Part shown: piece by piece, positions 39,948 through 49,953 of the stretch
Numbering within the stretch: the first letter of the stretch is position 1
Layout: each line of letters starts with the position of its first letter
Origin: Paraspadella gotoi
Taxonomy: Eukaryota > Animalia > Chaetognatha
Assembly (NCBI GenBank): GCA_051294375.1
Contig: CM119265.1
Location: forward strand, 25,156,139-25,220,138
Direction: 5' to 3'
DNA: 64,000 bases
Program-made: the position numbers and the translations under genes
The notes under the pieces: generated by a model
What the model saw: the letters and a program-made list of their open reading frames with translations, nothing else
Told to the model about the DNA's origin: nothing
Database searches by the model: none

Positions 39948-41111
39948 AAAAGGAAAAAGAAGCGAGACGACCAGAGAGAAAAAGAGACGCACCTTTGAGT
40001 CTTTGGCTTCACATTTGTCGGGGCGGTTTCTGCTTGCAGCGTTGGGTCCCTTGCATAGAATCATCCATGGGAACTGCAGAATCCGCCACCATCCGCGGCG
40101 TTCGAGGTTGGTGTCGTGTTTTTTTCCTTTCCTGGAGGAGGAAGGAGGGGTAATCTCTTCCCGCCCCGCGGAGAACGCTGGGGTCGTGGGGGAGGAGATG
40201 TTGGGGGGTTGGAATGGGAAAAGAGAGGAAGGATAGAGAGAGAGATTTTAGAGGAAGGGGAAAAAAAGAGGAGACCAGGTGAAGAGGAGAGGAGGAGAGA
40301 AGAGAGGATAGAGAGAGAGAGAGGTTAGAGGAAGGGAGAAGAAGATGGAAAGGGTGAGCAGGGAGGGGGAAGATATTAAGAAGGAGAAAGAGAGAATCTA
40401 AATTCCCCTTCCCCCCCAAAGAAAGCGCGACCAATGAAAACAAAATCTCTGTAAGACGGAATTCAAATCTTTCTCGGTCGGTCCTNNNNNNNNNNNNNNN
40501 NNNNNNNNNNTCCCAATCAATCAATCAATCATCCCCTCTTACATAAACATAGAATAAATCCTCCATTAACAAATTAAATCCAACCAAATCTTCCTCACCC
40601 CCCACCGCGAACCATGAAAACGTGAGACAAATCTTCCCTCGTATCTTTCTTCTCCAAACTGAGTTGCGCCTTCGAAGATCGAGAATGTTTGATCCGCTGC
40701 ACGAAGAAGACTTTCTCCCGCGGCGGCGGCGAGTCTCCGTCGATCTCGTCCAGCTGCGGCTGCGCGTGCTGCTGCGGCTGAGCCTCCGCCGCGACTGGGG
40801 CGGCCGGGACGGCGTCGAGCAAGTCTTGGTCCTGATGAGGATTGAGATTTGAATCGCGGTGAACCGAGACCCTTTCCTCTTTGGGTCACTTGCCTCCATG
40901 GGATAATCGTCGTCGGAATCCGTGTGGCTCCTTCCCATCAGTTTCTGCAAGACGTTGTCGTCGTCGAATCGAATTATGCTCGTTTGATACACCTGTTTAT
41001 AAACAAAATATAATTATTTAATATCGTTATTATATTGTAATGTTAAATCGAGAGTAAAATTAAACGACGTTTACTGACGGTTTCAAAGTATTTCTGAAGC
41101 TCGTTCGCCAT
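24580..41111 (-). CDS. Multi-exon gene for a two-domain (contiguous dimer) creatine-kinase-like / ATP:guanido phosphotransferase protein, probably catalytically inactive; the span includes redundant assembly copies at ~29234-35160
   Basis: Hand-spliced GT-AG exons with mostly compatible phases give two full CK-like motif series. Domain 1: DDVIQHGVD, VAFDASCYRVFRRLIDPVIQIRH, SRNFEG, RDFPHDRHVW, HLGYLTSLPSNLGT, NSDRLGITEVE. Domain 2: DFPKLKDNNTIMAKVL, VGFIVGDEDCY, TSRNIRG, RDWPDARGYW, VNELDH, SCPGSLGT, LGFSEY. The 3' end beyond the donor at 24578-24579 was not resolved. Confidence 0.88.
25026..25284 (-). CDS. CK-like gene exon, domain 2 (YWANSERTVLCNVNELDHMMISTVEK...HFGFLVSCPGSLGTATYIIVQLRLRQ)
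   Basis: 259 nt with phases matching both neighbours. Equivalent of CK WHN..WVNEEDHLR..HLGYVLTCPSNLGTGLR. Confidence 0.9.
25664..25843 (-). CDS. CK-like gene exon, domain 2 (...EFEVKGHYSQY...AGLLRDWPDARG)
   Basis: 180 nt with AG/GT ends. Contains an exact RDWPDARG creatine-kinase motif, split across the intron. Confidence 0.9.
27497..27616 (-). CDS. CK-like gene exon, domain 2 (CETDDQLDMHYIAEIRIETSRNIRGIPFPAAMTRQQRR), 3' part lost in noisy sequence
   Basis: Acceptor ccccgcag|. Matches CK [22 protein letters not shown]. Confidence 0.8.
27689..28275. mobile_element. TIR element (MITE-like) with internal degenerate TTAGGG-like repeats, copy 1 (intronic)
   Basis: Left end GGCCTTATTTTTTCAAAGCGCCACATG..TCTTAAATTCG resembles the reverse complement of right end CGGATTTAAGAAGGGAAATGGGGCGCTTTTAGAAAAGAGAGCC. 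TTAGGG/TTAAGG/TTAGAG tract at ~27757-27960. Confidence 0.6.
28280..28348 (-). CDS. CK-like gene exon, domain 2 (FIPALHTNYRDDGRQLTSFDLTG)
   Basis: 69 nt, phases fit flanking exons. Equivalent of CK IISDRHGGYKPTDKHKTDL. Confidence 0.75.
28624..28714 (-). CDS. CK-like gene exon, domain 2 (PLEIRNELARVGFIVGDEDCYKAFGLFYSK)
   Basis: 91 nt, |gtgagt donor. Equivalent of CK TVGCVAGDEESYEVFKELF. Confidence 0.82.
29602..29871 (-). CDS. CK-like gene exon spanning the end of domain 1, an acidic linker and the start of domain 2 (noisier second copy at 35769-36031)
   Basis: 270 nt, phase 0-0: VESYIQFVDSINKLIEVEE...EEEEEEEEE...SDFPKLKDNNTIMAK. Shows that both domains are in one polypeptide. Confidence 0.85.
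30486..32616 (-). CDS. CK-like gene domain 1 exons, cleaner copy: ~32451-32616, 32023-32188, 31634-31789, ~31161-31434, 30486-30663; duplicated at ~36676-39222
   Basis: VAFDASCYRVFRRLIDPVIQIRHTGY / CGVLGSRNFEGHPFVPLISRSERR / RDFPHDRHVW..RDHASF / GSDLRGAF..HLGYLTSLPSNLGT..ILSRLRLRRR / FTIVNSDRLGITE, with GT-AG boundaries. Some indel errors are present. Confidence 0.82.
35288..35397 (-). CDS. CK-like gene exon, domain 2 N-lobe (VLDENPRFVRKFLKTKKSKFGFSFMSAIS...)
   Basis: Follows MAK| and aligns to CK VLTLELYKKLRDKETPSGFT. It supplies the exon missing in the 28817-29233 N gap; one indel is needed for phase. Confidence 0.65.
39683..41111 (-). CDS. CK-like gene 5' exons: MANELQKYFET (41079-41111), an N-terminal extension, and the start of domain 1; inverted duplicate on + at ~32880-34214
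   Basis: tttcag|ctcctactacgcaagATGGCG, with an upstream non-coding exon donor near 41188. The + copy exon 34073-34214 reads ...DFDHLRHRKSEFGAS-DDVIQHGVD (CK: LRDKETPSGFTVDDVIQTGVD). Confidence 0.65.
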
Positions 41112-41817
41112 CTTGCGTAGTAGGAGCTGAAATAATCAGATTCGTTTCGTTAATTTGTTTTATAATAAAGTTTATGTAATTATACTCACCTGATTGCCGA
41201 TTCGTTGGAATTTATTCTATCTGGTCTACGCTAATCTTGTCTATTCGTTTTCTATTCTAATCTCGTCAATTCTATTCTATTCACTTTCTATACTAGTTTA
41301 ATTTCGATATATAGGTTAACGAAAGATATTATCTTGTCGAAATTTTTTCATGTTAAAAAAAAATCACTGATGAAAAATAGTAGGGTACAAAACTATTTAA
41401 TTATTCTACTTTACGGACATGATTAACATGAAATCTTGAATAAAAAAAAAAAACGTTTACTATATCGTATATCTATGACATGCGTTAACTGTCGTAAAAT
41501 TTAAGAAGTAAAAACGAATGTTGATAACAATAAAGATAAGGTAAAAAAAATAAAGACNNNNNNNNNNACGACGACGACGGATATTACCACATTACTGACG
41601 AGAGTCTTCTGCTCATAAACCTGGTGATGGATTTCCTGTCTTGTCTTGTCTTTTCTTGTCTTTTCTTTTCTTTTCTTTTCTTTTCTTTTCTTTTCTTTTC
41701 TTTTATTGTTTTGTCTTTTCTCTTCTTGTCTTTTCTTTTCTTTTCTTGTCAGGTCTTATCCTTTCTTTCTTTTTCTTTTTATTTTCTTTTTTTTATTTTT
41801 TTTCCTCAGCTTTACTC

Positions 41818-43297
41818 AGCGTTGTCGGAAGCGTCGGTGGTTATGCATAGTTGGCGTTTGTGCGGGATGATGGAGTAGTGCCGCTTGTATTAGGCCTTCC
41901 TTTATCGCCTCGAAAGCTTGCTCACACTTGTCGGTCCACTCCAGAGTCTTGGGTCGGCCGCTTAAAGCGTCATAGAGGGCGGCACATCGATGTGCGACTT
42001 TCGGGATAAAGCGGCGATAATATTTATTCATGCCTAAAAAGCGTTGGAGCTCCTTAATTGTCGTTGGCCTAGTTGTTTCGCGGAGCGTTTTGACACGTTC
42101 CGGGAGTGGTCTGACGCCGTTTTTGTCGACTAAGAAGCCGAGGAATTCTAACGAGTCGCGGCAGTTGACATTTTTTCGTATTGACGACCAGAGTCCGTTG
42201 GCGTCTAAAGCCTTAAAGACCCGATTCAAATCCTCTAGATGTTCCGCAGGTGATGACGAGGCCACGAGTATATCGTCGAGATATACAAAGGTGTGAGGAT
42301 GTCTCCCAATATCTCGTCCATCAACCTTTGGAAGTCTTGTGCCCGCATTCTTCAGGCCAAACGGGCAGCGCGGAAAGACATAAAGGCCAAATGGGGTTAT
42401 GACTGCTGTCTTCTTTATGTCATCCGGGTTGACAGGGATCTGGTGTATCCCTTTAGAAGGTCAATTTTCGAAAAAAATGTTTTACCTTCTAATTGTGAAT
42501 TGAAATCTGTTAAGAGTTTCACAGAGGGTAGCGATCATCGATTGTCTGAGCGTTTAATCGGCGGTAGTCGCCACAGCATCGCCACCCTCCATCTGGTTCG
42601 AGACCACGTGGAGGGGCGAGGACCATTCAGACTTGCCCCGTTTGGCGATTCCTAGAGAAACCATTTTTTCAAGTTCTCTCTTTGCGACAGCAAGTTTTTC
42701 CCGCGTCAAGTCGACGTGCTCTGGATTGACATGGCCGACCTTCGGTTGGAATCGAATGGGTAACTCCATGTCGAGGCTCCTTTAGCTGAAAAGTCGGCGT
42801 CGAGAGGGAGGGGAAAGACTCGAGTAACTTGTAGAATTTTTCGCCGTTTCTGTCTACAAAAATAACGTGAGCGGCCGTTTCAGACGATGTTGAAGCTGCA
42901 ATCGTTGAATAGTCGCGGAGGTCTAAGAGAAGGCCGTCGCGATGATTGGGCGCTAAATAATTTTCAGCGAAGAAGTCGGCGCCTAGTATATTTTGCTTGA
43001 CGTCGGCGACTATGAATTCATAGCTGAACTTCCTATTTCCCAGCTGCACAGTCCTCTCCGTTGTTCCATAACAATCTATAGACGTCCCGTTGGCCGCTTG
43101 TAGTTTAATTTGTGGATCTGGCCCTCCGTTGCGCTGCTGCGCAGTTGGGAGTATTATTGACAGCAAGGCGCCGCCATCTACAAGCCACTTAGTGCGATCC
43201 CCGGCGTCCCTGATGTAGAGCAAATCGTTGGGAACCGGTGATTGTTTCGATGAGTGGGGACGGCGTTCACCGGGCGTCGGCCCCCTTGAAGTTTCCC
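41818..43297 (-). CDS. pol: pol (aspartic protease + reverse transcriptase, truncated at RNase H), several frameshifts
   Basis: ORF-track pieces 42669-43223, 42554-42769 and 41816-42265 carry protease, RT (SEWSSPLHVV) and thumb motifs. YLDD is read directly upstream of the last piece. Confidence 0.92.
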
Positions 43298-44320
43298 TCG
43301 CGCTTTTTCTGGGATTCCTCGTACCTTGCGCACCCCGGGTCGCAAGACCACGCCCTCATCGCCAAATTTAATGTGCTTTGCGCAGAGAGTGGTAAGCTTT
43401 TGCTTGCTTTCCTTTTGGCGCCGGGTTTTGACGTTTTTTGTTGAAGGCGTGTTTGCTGTGGATGGCGGTCGACTGCGTTGACGGCGTCTTCTTCTACCGA
43501 GTCGGAATCGTCGTGATCTTGATCTCTGGCGACGTTGTTGATCATCGAGGAGGTTTGACGGATCTTTAAATTGCCGTCGTTGTCGTAGTGATGATCGGCG
43601 AGTTTGCAGAGCTGACTGGCGGTCAAATCGTCCCGCCTTTTCCTCCAGTTGGCGGTCGAATCTCGTTTCGGCTACATCGATTTTCTCCTTTCGCACGTCG
43701 TCAAGGGTCAAAGTCTTAGTTTTTTCCTCCAGCTGCGCGAGGAATTTTGATGGCTTTGAACCGTCGGCGTCGAGAGCGTCGAGAATATTCGCCGCCTGCT
43801 GTCGACGCGTGAGCCATATTCGCTGCGTAAATACTGGATGAACTCATTCCAAGTGCTTTCTGTCGTTTCCCAAGTAGGAATTGATTTACGTTGATTCCTA
43901 TTTTCGCCAGATGAGCAAACTTGCTCTTTGGAGCAACGATTCCGGCCGCGGTATACGCCGCTTCCACACGCTTAATCCAGATCTCGATGTTACTCACGTC
44001 GAAATCTGGGAGGTCGAGTTTGCGATTGATGCGCGTTCCAACGCGCGAGTCGCGGCGGCAAGGGCGGGCGCGCAGTTCCATATTTTCGTCGCGAAGATCT
44101 TGTCCAGCGCGCCGGCGGTCGCCATGTCGGCGTCCTCGAAGTTTCCGCGGTTCGTCGCGCGGAATTCGATATGGGCGCGGCGTCAGCAAAGATGGGTGAC
44201 GGTCGATCGCGATCTTGTTCCTCGTCCGAAACCGACCGGAACCTGGAGTCGCGCTGCCTCGCCGCGCTGCTCCCTCTGTCGCACCGAGCGGAGGCGCGAG
44301 CGAAGGTCTGGGCCGTTCAT
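43267..44320 (-). CDS. gag: gag of the Gypsy element (frameshifted in the assembly)
   Basis: KLDLPDFDVSNIEIWIKRVEAAY..KSKFAHL N-terminal motif. LCAKHIKFGDE/AWSCDPGC CHCC box is split over a 1-nt indel. Ends REGNFKGADAR*. Confidence 0.8.
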
Positions 44321-44468
44321 CGACTGTGTCGTTGGCTCCGTAGAGAGCGTAGTTGAGCGCGAAAAAGAGAGAGAGTGACGGACGACTTCACTTAATTTCA
44401 ATATTCGCTCAATCTTACCTAGGAAAAGGTTGCATTCCGCTGTCTTCTCTCGTTTTGAAGGTTGTAGG

Positions 44469-44486
44469 TTTGTCGTTGGCTCACCA
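44469..44486 (-). promoter_or_regulatory. Primer-binding site TGGTGAGCCAACGACAAA (tRNA-Trp-like TGGTGA start)
   Basis: Begins with TGG (complement of tRNA CCA) directly after the LTR end. The tRNA identity is inferred from the CsRn1 lineage and not verified. Confidence 0.7.
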
Positions 44487-44488
44487 GG

Positions 44489-44937
44489 TGTGGCACGGAC
44501 ATTCGAGTCATTTAACGGTCGTGATCAGGTCGTCGTGACACAATCGGTACGCGTTGCTAAGTGACGTGGCGACGTAGCTATTAGCGTAGCGAGTCACGTG
44601 ACGCAGGGAAAATGGAGTCACTTGTTCAATTAGATTCTTTCTTTTTGATTTGAATTAATACAACGCCTTTGAGTTTATTTCTCTTGTATAAAATGTACTT
44701 CTTACATTAGAAGAATCAATAAAAAACATAGTTGTAAATGTTCACTTAACATTTATTAATTTAATAGGATGAAATCGAATGAGGCAAAGTGGTTACAAGT
44801 GAGGTTTGAGATCCGACTGAACTTGATTTGGTTCACATGTCAAAAGAAAGCGGTCAATTAACAATCAGATGTGAAACCGGCTAGAAACTCCGGTGGTCAA
44901 TTAGTGAACCGAGAGTTAGGTCACTCGAAAGGCCGCA
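44489..44937 (-). repeat. 5' LTR of the Gypsy element (~449 bp)
   Basis: Minus strand begins TGCGGC and ends GCCACA (TG...CA with a short terminal inverted repeat). A TGG-starting PBS follows 2 nt later. Confidence 0.8.
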
Positions 44938-46019
44938 GAGTCTTCTGCTCATAAACCTGGTGATGGATTTCCTGTCTTGTCTTTCTTTCTTTTTCTTCTT
45001 TTCTTTCTTTTCTTTTCTTGTCAGGTCTTATCTTTCTTTTCTTTTCTTTTATTTTCTTTTTTTATTTTTTTTTCCTCAGCTTTACTTATCTCCTTTCAAT
45101 TTTTTTCTAGTTTCTCTTTTTCTTTTCTGGATTTTTTCTTTTATCTTTTTTTAAAAATATTTTTCTTTCCATTTGCTTTTTACTTTAATTCTTATCTAAG
45201 CTCCTTTTAGAGATTTTTTTTTCTCCTTTCGTCTCATTTTCCTTCTATTTTTTATAAATCGACTCGTGATTTTTCTTTTCTTTCTTATCTCTCCTTAGTT
45301 CTTCCTTTTTTCCTTTTTTCTTTCCTTTTTTTTATTTTCCTCTTTCATTCGCTCCGTCGACATAACGCTAATAATCATCGCCATTATAAAGCGTAAAAAA
45401 ATTTCCCGAAGGGCGAAAAAAAGGAGAGCGAAAGAGATATTTGACAGAGAGAGAGAGAGGGAGGAAGAGGGAGAGAATGAAAGAAAGAGAGACAGAGAGA
45501 ATGAAAGAAAGAAAGAAAGAAAGAAAAAAAGAGAGAAAGAGAGAGAGAGACAGAGAGAGAGAGATTGATCGCAGCGAATCAGAGATGCGATCTCCCCCAT
45601 CAGTCAAGGGGAAAAGGTTTTCGATAAAATAGGCGAGGATCCAAACGAAACCAAGCTTTTCCGCGTTGACGTCTGGGAAATAACTAGCAAAGCTTGGTGT
45701 GGGAAGACTCCCGACTGAGTACACATTAGTGCTCCTTCACCTCTATCGCTCTCTATTTCATTCTTTCATTCATTCATTCATTCATTCATTCATTCATTCA
45801 TTCATTCATTCATTCATTCATTCATTCGTTCATTCATTAATTAATTTATTTATTCATTCATTCATTAAATTCATTAATCAAATAATTAATTCATTCTTTG
45901 AAATAATCTCTCTCCCCATTCCCACAGTTGTTTTTCCTTTCTTCCCCCCTCCTCCCCGTCGCGCCACAGTGGTACACCTCATTCCCTGCCACCAAGACGC
46001 GAAATAGGCTGCATTTTTT

Positions 46020-46112
46020 CGCCGCTGCCGCCGCTGCCGCCGCTGCCGCCGCTGCCGCCGCTGCCGCCGCTGCCGCCGCTGCCGCCGCTGCCGCCGCTGT
46101 CTTCGCTGCCGC
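46020..46112 (+). repeat. (GCCGCTGCC)n 9-bp tandem repeat
   Basis: About nine perfect units followed by degenerate ones. Confidence 0.85.
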
Positions 46113-46247
46113 TGAAACTGCCCCTGTTCCGTCAGAGTCAGAGTCGCTCCGCGGTATCGATTCACCTAATTTTTATTCCTTCGTTTCTCTTCAGCGAATT
46201 AATTAATTTTTTTTTCTCTCGACACGAGATTTACAACGATTAGTCTT

Positions 46248-46353
<106 letters not shown>

Positions 46354-47108
46354 CTCTTTTTCTCTCTCTCTCTCTGATAGCTTGTGAATTAATTCGCTCG
46401 CTAATCGCTGTAGTCGCTAATTCACTCGCTAATCAACATTCAACAGCGATCGCTCGCGACTTGAGGAAAAAAAGAACATAAATTTGGGAAACGTTTAAAA
46501 ATTGGAAAACGATTTAACTCGGCGACGTAGGATTTTATTAGGTTTTTCTCCGTGGAAAACAAACTTTATATTCTCCGATTTTTTAAATAAAATTATCACC
46601 TTACTTATTTACCATCATATAAATTTGAAGTAACGAAATTGTTTAAAATAAATATAAATATATTCTAATTCAAATCAAACAAATTTAAATCAACAATCTA
46701 AATAAATTTTTTTTTCCATTTCCCCCCATTTTTTTCCTCATTATCCGCAACGAACTGCAATGCGCTCAGCCTCAAATTTTTACACGCTACTATGCACCTA
46801 CGTTAAATTAACTCAATTAAATAACCATTAGCAGCGAGCTCCCCGGACGGACAGAGAGACCGACCGACCGAAAAGATAAAAAGCCTCTCTAACTCCATCT
46901 TTGAGTTTTCCACAGCTACACTTTAAAAACTCCAACGAGAGACTCGTCGAAGCGGAAAACGTTTGGAACGATAAAACTGTTACATAAGAGGGTTTCGGCG
47001 TCTGAATTTTGCGTTTTTGCACGACCAATGAGGAAGAGGCGAAGAGGAAAATGAGGAAGAGGAGGAGAAACATAAGATTAAAAGACGAGGAAGAGGATGA
47101 AAAGAAAG

Positions 47109-47480
47109 GGCCTTATCATATCTTCCCAGAACGTCCAATTTCATTTTAAATTCGGAATTATGTTAATTTTTTGGTTAAAGGTCAGTGATTAAGGTAAGTG
47201 ATTAGATTAGTAATTAAGATTAGGGATTAGGGACTTTGGTTTAGGATAAGACATAAAAGTTTAGGGTTTGGGTTCAGAATTAGTTTAGGTTTAGGGACTA
47301 GTATTAGGGATTAGGGATAGGGATTACGGTTAGGGTTAGTTTATCTTAAACCCAGAGAACCTCTTTTCTGTTCTTCAATCCTCTATCTTTACTTAAATAT
47401 GGTCTTAAACTTTAAGATCATATTTAGGTAAAGATAGAGGATTTAAGAACAGAAATGAGGTGCTCTGGGAAAAGAGAGCC
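47109..47480. mobile_element. Same TIR element family, copy 2, with a 119-bp palindrome at 47351-47469
   Basis: Starts GGCCTTAT and ends GGATTTAAGAACAGAAATGAGGTGCTCTGGGAAAAGAGAGCC, like copy 1. TTAGGG-like tract at ~47175-47340. Confidence 0.6.
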
Positions 47481-47654
47481 AAAGAAAGAATGAGAGAACG
47501 CAGCCACGCGACTTATGTAGAACGCAAGATTACAGCTCCTTCTCGGTTTTTTTTTCGTTTCTTTTCTTTTTTTTTTCGTTTCTAAGTCGCGAAAAATTTT
47601 GGTGTTTAGGTTAAGAAAATCGTGTTTGGCCTCGCGGGACGCAGGCTGATGTGA

Positions 47655-47905
47655 GAGAAAGAGAGAGTGGAGTCGGGGCTTTGTGGGTCGAGGTATGAGA
47701 AAGAGGGGAGTGGTGCTTTGTGAGTTGAAGATGAGAGGAGGGGAGTGGGGCTTTGTGGGTTGAAGAAGAAGAGAGGAGTGGGGCTTGGTGGGTTGAAGAT
47801 GAGAGAGGGGAGTGGGGGCTTGGTGGGTTGAAGATGAGAAAAGGGAGTTGGCGGCTTTGTGGGTTGAAGTAAGAAGGTGGGGGTTAGGTCTTTGTGGGTC
47901 AAGGA
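47655..47905 (+). repeat. ~30-bp minisatellite (GAGAGGGGAGTGGGGCTTTGTGGGTTGAAGAT-like)
   Basis: About eight degenerate tandem units. Confidence 0.75.
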
Positions 47906-48189
47906 TGAGACAGGTGTAGGAATTAAATGGGTCTGGATCTATTTGTGGGTTGTATAATGATGATGATGATTATGATGATTATAATGATCGTAATGCTGAT
48001 TATAATATGGATGATGATGATGATGATGATGAAGATGATGATGGATCTTGATAAAGAGGATGATGCTGATAATGATGGTAAACGAGGGTCCATAAACGTT
48101 TCATAAAGGCATCTCCTTCAATGTTTTCTGTCACCTTGCGTCATGTTCGTATAATCATGAGAGAGAGAGAGAAAGAGGGAGAGAGAAAA

Positions 48190-48244
<55 letters not shown>

Positions 48245-49164
48245 GAGACAAAGAGGCATGATATTAAAGTATATCGGTATCTATGATAACGACAACAACG
48301 TCAACTAAAAAAGGAAATTTAATGGAGACCAACCCAATGACGACAACAACAACAACAGTAACGACGCCACCAACCCTAGCGGCCGCGACGATAAACTCCG
48401 CTTGGACCTTTGATGACCGAGATGCTTATGCTGATGACGACGATAACCAAGAAAAAAAAGGGGGAAAAAAAAGAAAAATGATGTGGAGAATGAAAAAAAA
48501 GGCAAGAAAAATTTTTTTAAAAATGGTTTAAAATGGAAAACAAAGGGTAAAAAAAAAGGGAAAAAATGGTATTAAATAGAAATATTAAGGAACGGAGAAG
48601 ATAAAAATAAGCTGGGAGGAGTAATAAGAAGAGGAGAAAGACATAAAAGAAAAAGAAGAAGAAGAAGAAAAACAACGGGTAGCACCAAGTTTTGGTGACA
48701 ACAACAACGACAACAACAACAACCTTAACGACTCTTAAACTTACCTAAATCGTGACCTACGACTTAAGGTCAAATAGTTAATTGACCACTAGATTCGTTT
48801 CGACTCTTATTGTTATTTTTACTATTGTCTTTTCTCTTTTTGTTATTGTCGTTTTTCTCTCTGAAAATGATTTTGATCATTACATGTTGTAAATAAATTC
48901 GTGAAACGTCTTCTTATTTTCTTCTTTAAATTCCTATCAAGTCATTTACTAAAAAGTTAAAAAAAATAATGATAAAAAAATTGCGAAAAATTTAGGAAAA
49001 AAAAGATGGGGGAAAAAAAAAGAAAGATGAAAAGAAAGAAACGATGATCGCAGTAATAATGGTTTCCTTGAAAAAAAAAGAAGAAAATCCCTGGAGAGAA
49101 GTTGAAGGGAAAAACAAAAGGAAAGAAGTTGAAGAGAAGAAAGTTTGGGCTGAGGTGTAGAATC

Positions 49165-49256
49165 GGTTTGGCCTTTGTGGAGAAGGGTTGGCCTTTGTGG
49201 AGAAGAGTTGGCTTTGGTGGAGATGGTTTGGCCTTTGTGGAGAAGGATTGGCCTTT
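49165..49256 (+). repeat. ~20-bp minisatellite GGCCTTTGTGGAGAAGGGTT
   Basis: Four to five tandem units. Confidence 0.7.
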
Positions 49257-49675
49257 TTTGAAAATTAATAAACTCTATTTCCTTCTCTCCATTACTTTAT
49301 TAAATATAAAATAAATAATAGTTAAATCTAATTTTTATTTGAAATATACTCAACTTTTATATTCATTTAAAAATTTTTGTTTTATTTAGTCTAATATAGT
49401 ATGTATGAGCATGTAAAAAAAGTAATCTTTTAATTTTTCATATTACTATCTATAACTGAAAGATAACAATTTACACTTTAGTTGGGTAAGGAGAGTTTCC
49501 TTTAGGTAATAAAGATCACGAGATACATGACGTCACAACTTCCCCCAAAAAAATAGTGAAAAAAATTATGTTGTTGTTGAGAATTTCGCTTTAATGGTTT
49601 CCATTAAATTTTTGTTCGTTCGTTCGTTCGTTCGTTCGTTCGTTCGTTCGNNNNNNNNNNNNNNNNNNNNNNNNN

Positions 49676-49863
49676 TGATCTGTCATCGAACAAAAAGAAA
49701 AGTAAGTTTTTTCATTGGTTAAAGTGAAAACTAAGTTTTGTGATTTAAGAAAACGAACGTCGGGTAAGCTCCGTAAAACGCGACGGTCGTCATCCGGTGA
49801 ATTTGGGTGAGGAAAAGATTTTCACTTTGCAACGCGAGTGTTGAAAAAGATGGAGGAGAGAGA

Positions 49864-49953
<90 letters not shown>

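Larger units (their letters stand above)
29296..41372. repeat. Direct duplication ~29296-32616 vs ~35485-39183 and inverted duplication ~32620-35160 vs ~38710-41372
   Basis: The same exons and introns recur with indel noise. The junction at 32616/32620 cuts an exon mid-sequence. Confidence 0.9.
41818..44937 (-). mobile_element. Ty3/Gypsy LTR retrotransposon, CsRn1/Boudicca/Kabuki-like lineage, 3'-truncated at the start of RNase H
   Basis: Order on the minus strand: LTR, PBS, gag with C-X2-H-X9-C-X3-C box, GGGAAAC slippery site, protease WLVDGGA..ILGADF, RT FVYLDDILVAS..FLGF..LQRFLGM..YYRRFIP, then ITTDASD and a break. No integrase or 3' LTR. Confidence 0.95.

Noticed and set aside
29296-41372. 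Three- or four-domain kinase, or a kinase gene cluster with an antisense copy
   Set aside because: The extra copies repeat introns as well as exons, differ only by random indels, and join mid-exon. Only two distinct domains exist.
41602-41817. Flanking direct repeat interpreted as the element's LTR pair
   Set aside because: It lacks TG...CA ends and lies outside the PBS-defined LTR (44489-44937). It is host flank.
45878-46206. Poly-Ala or (RQR)n protein from the 9-bp repeat
   Set aside because: There is no convincing splice or start context and no recognisable flanking domain.
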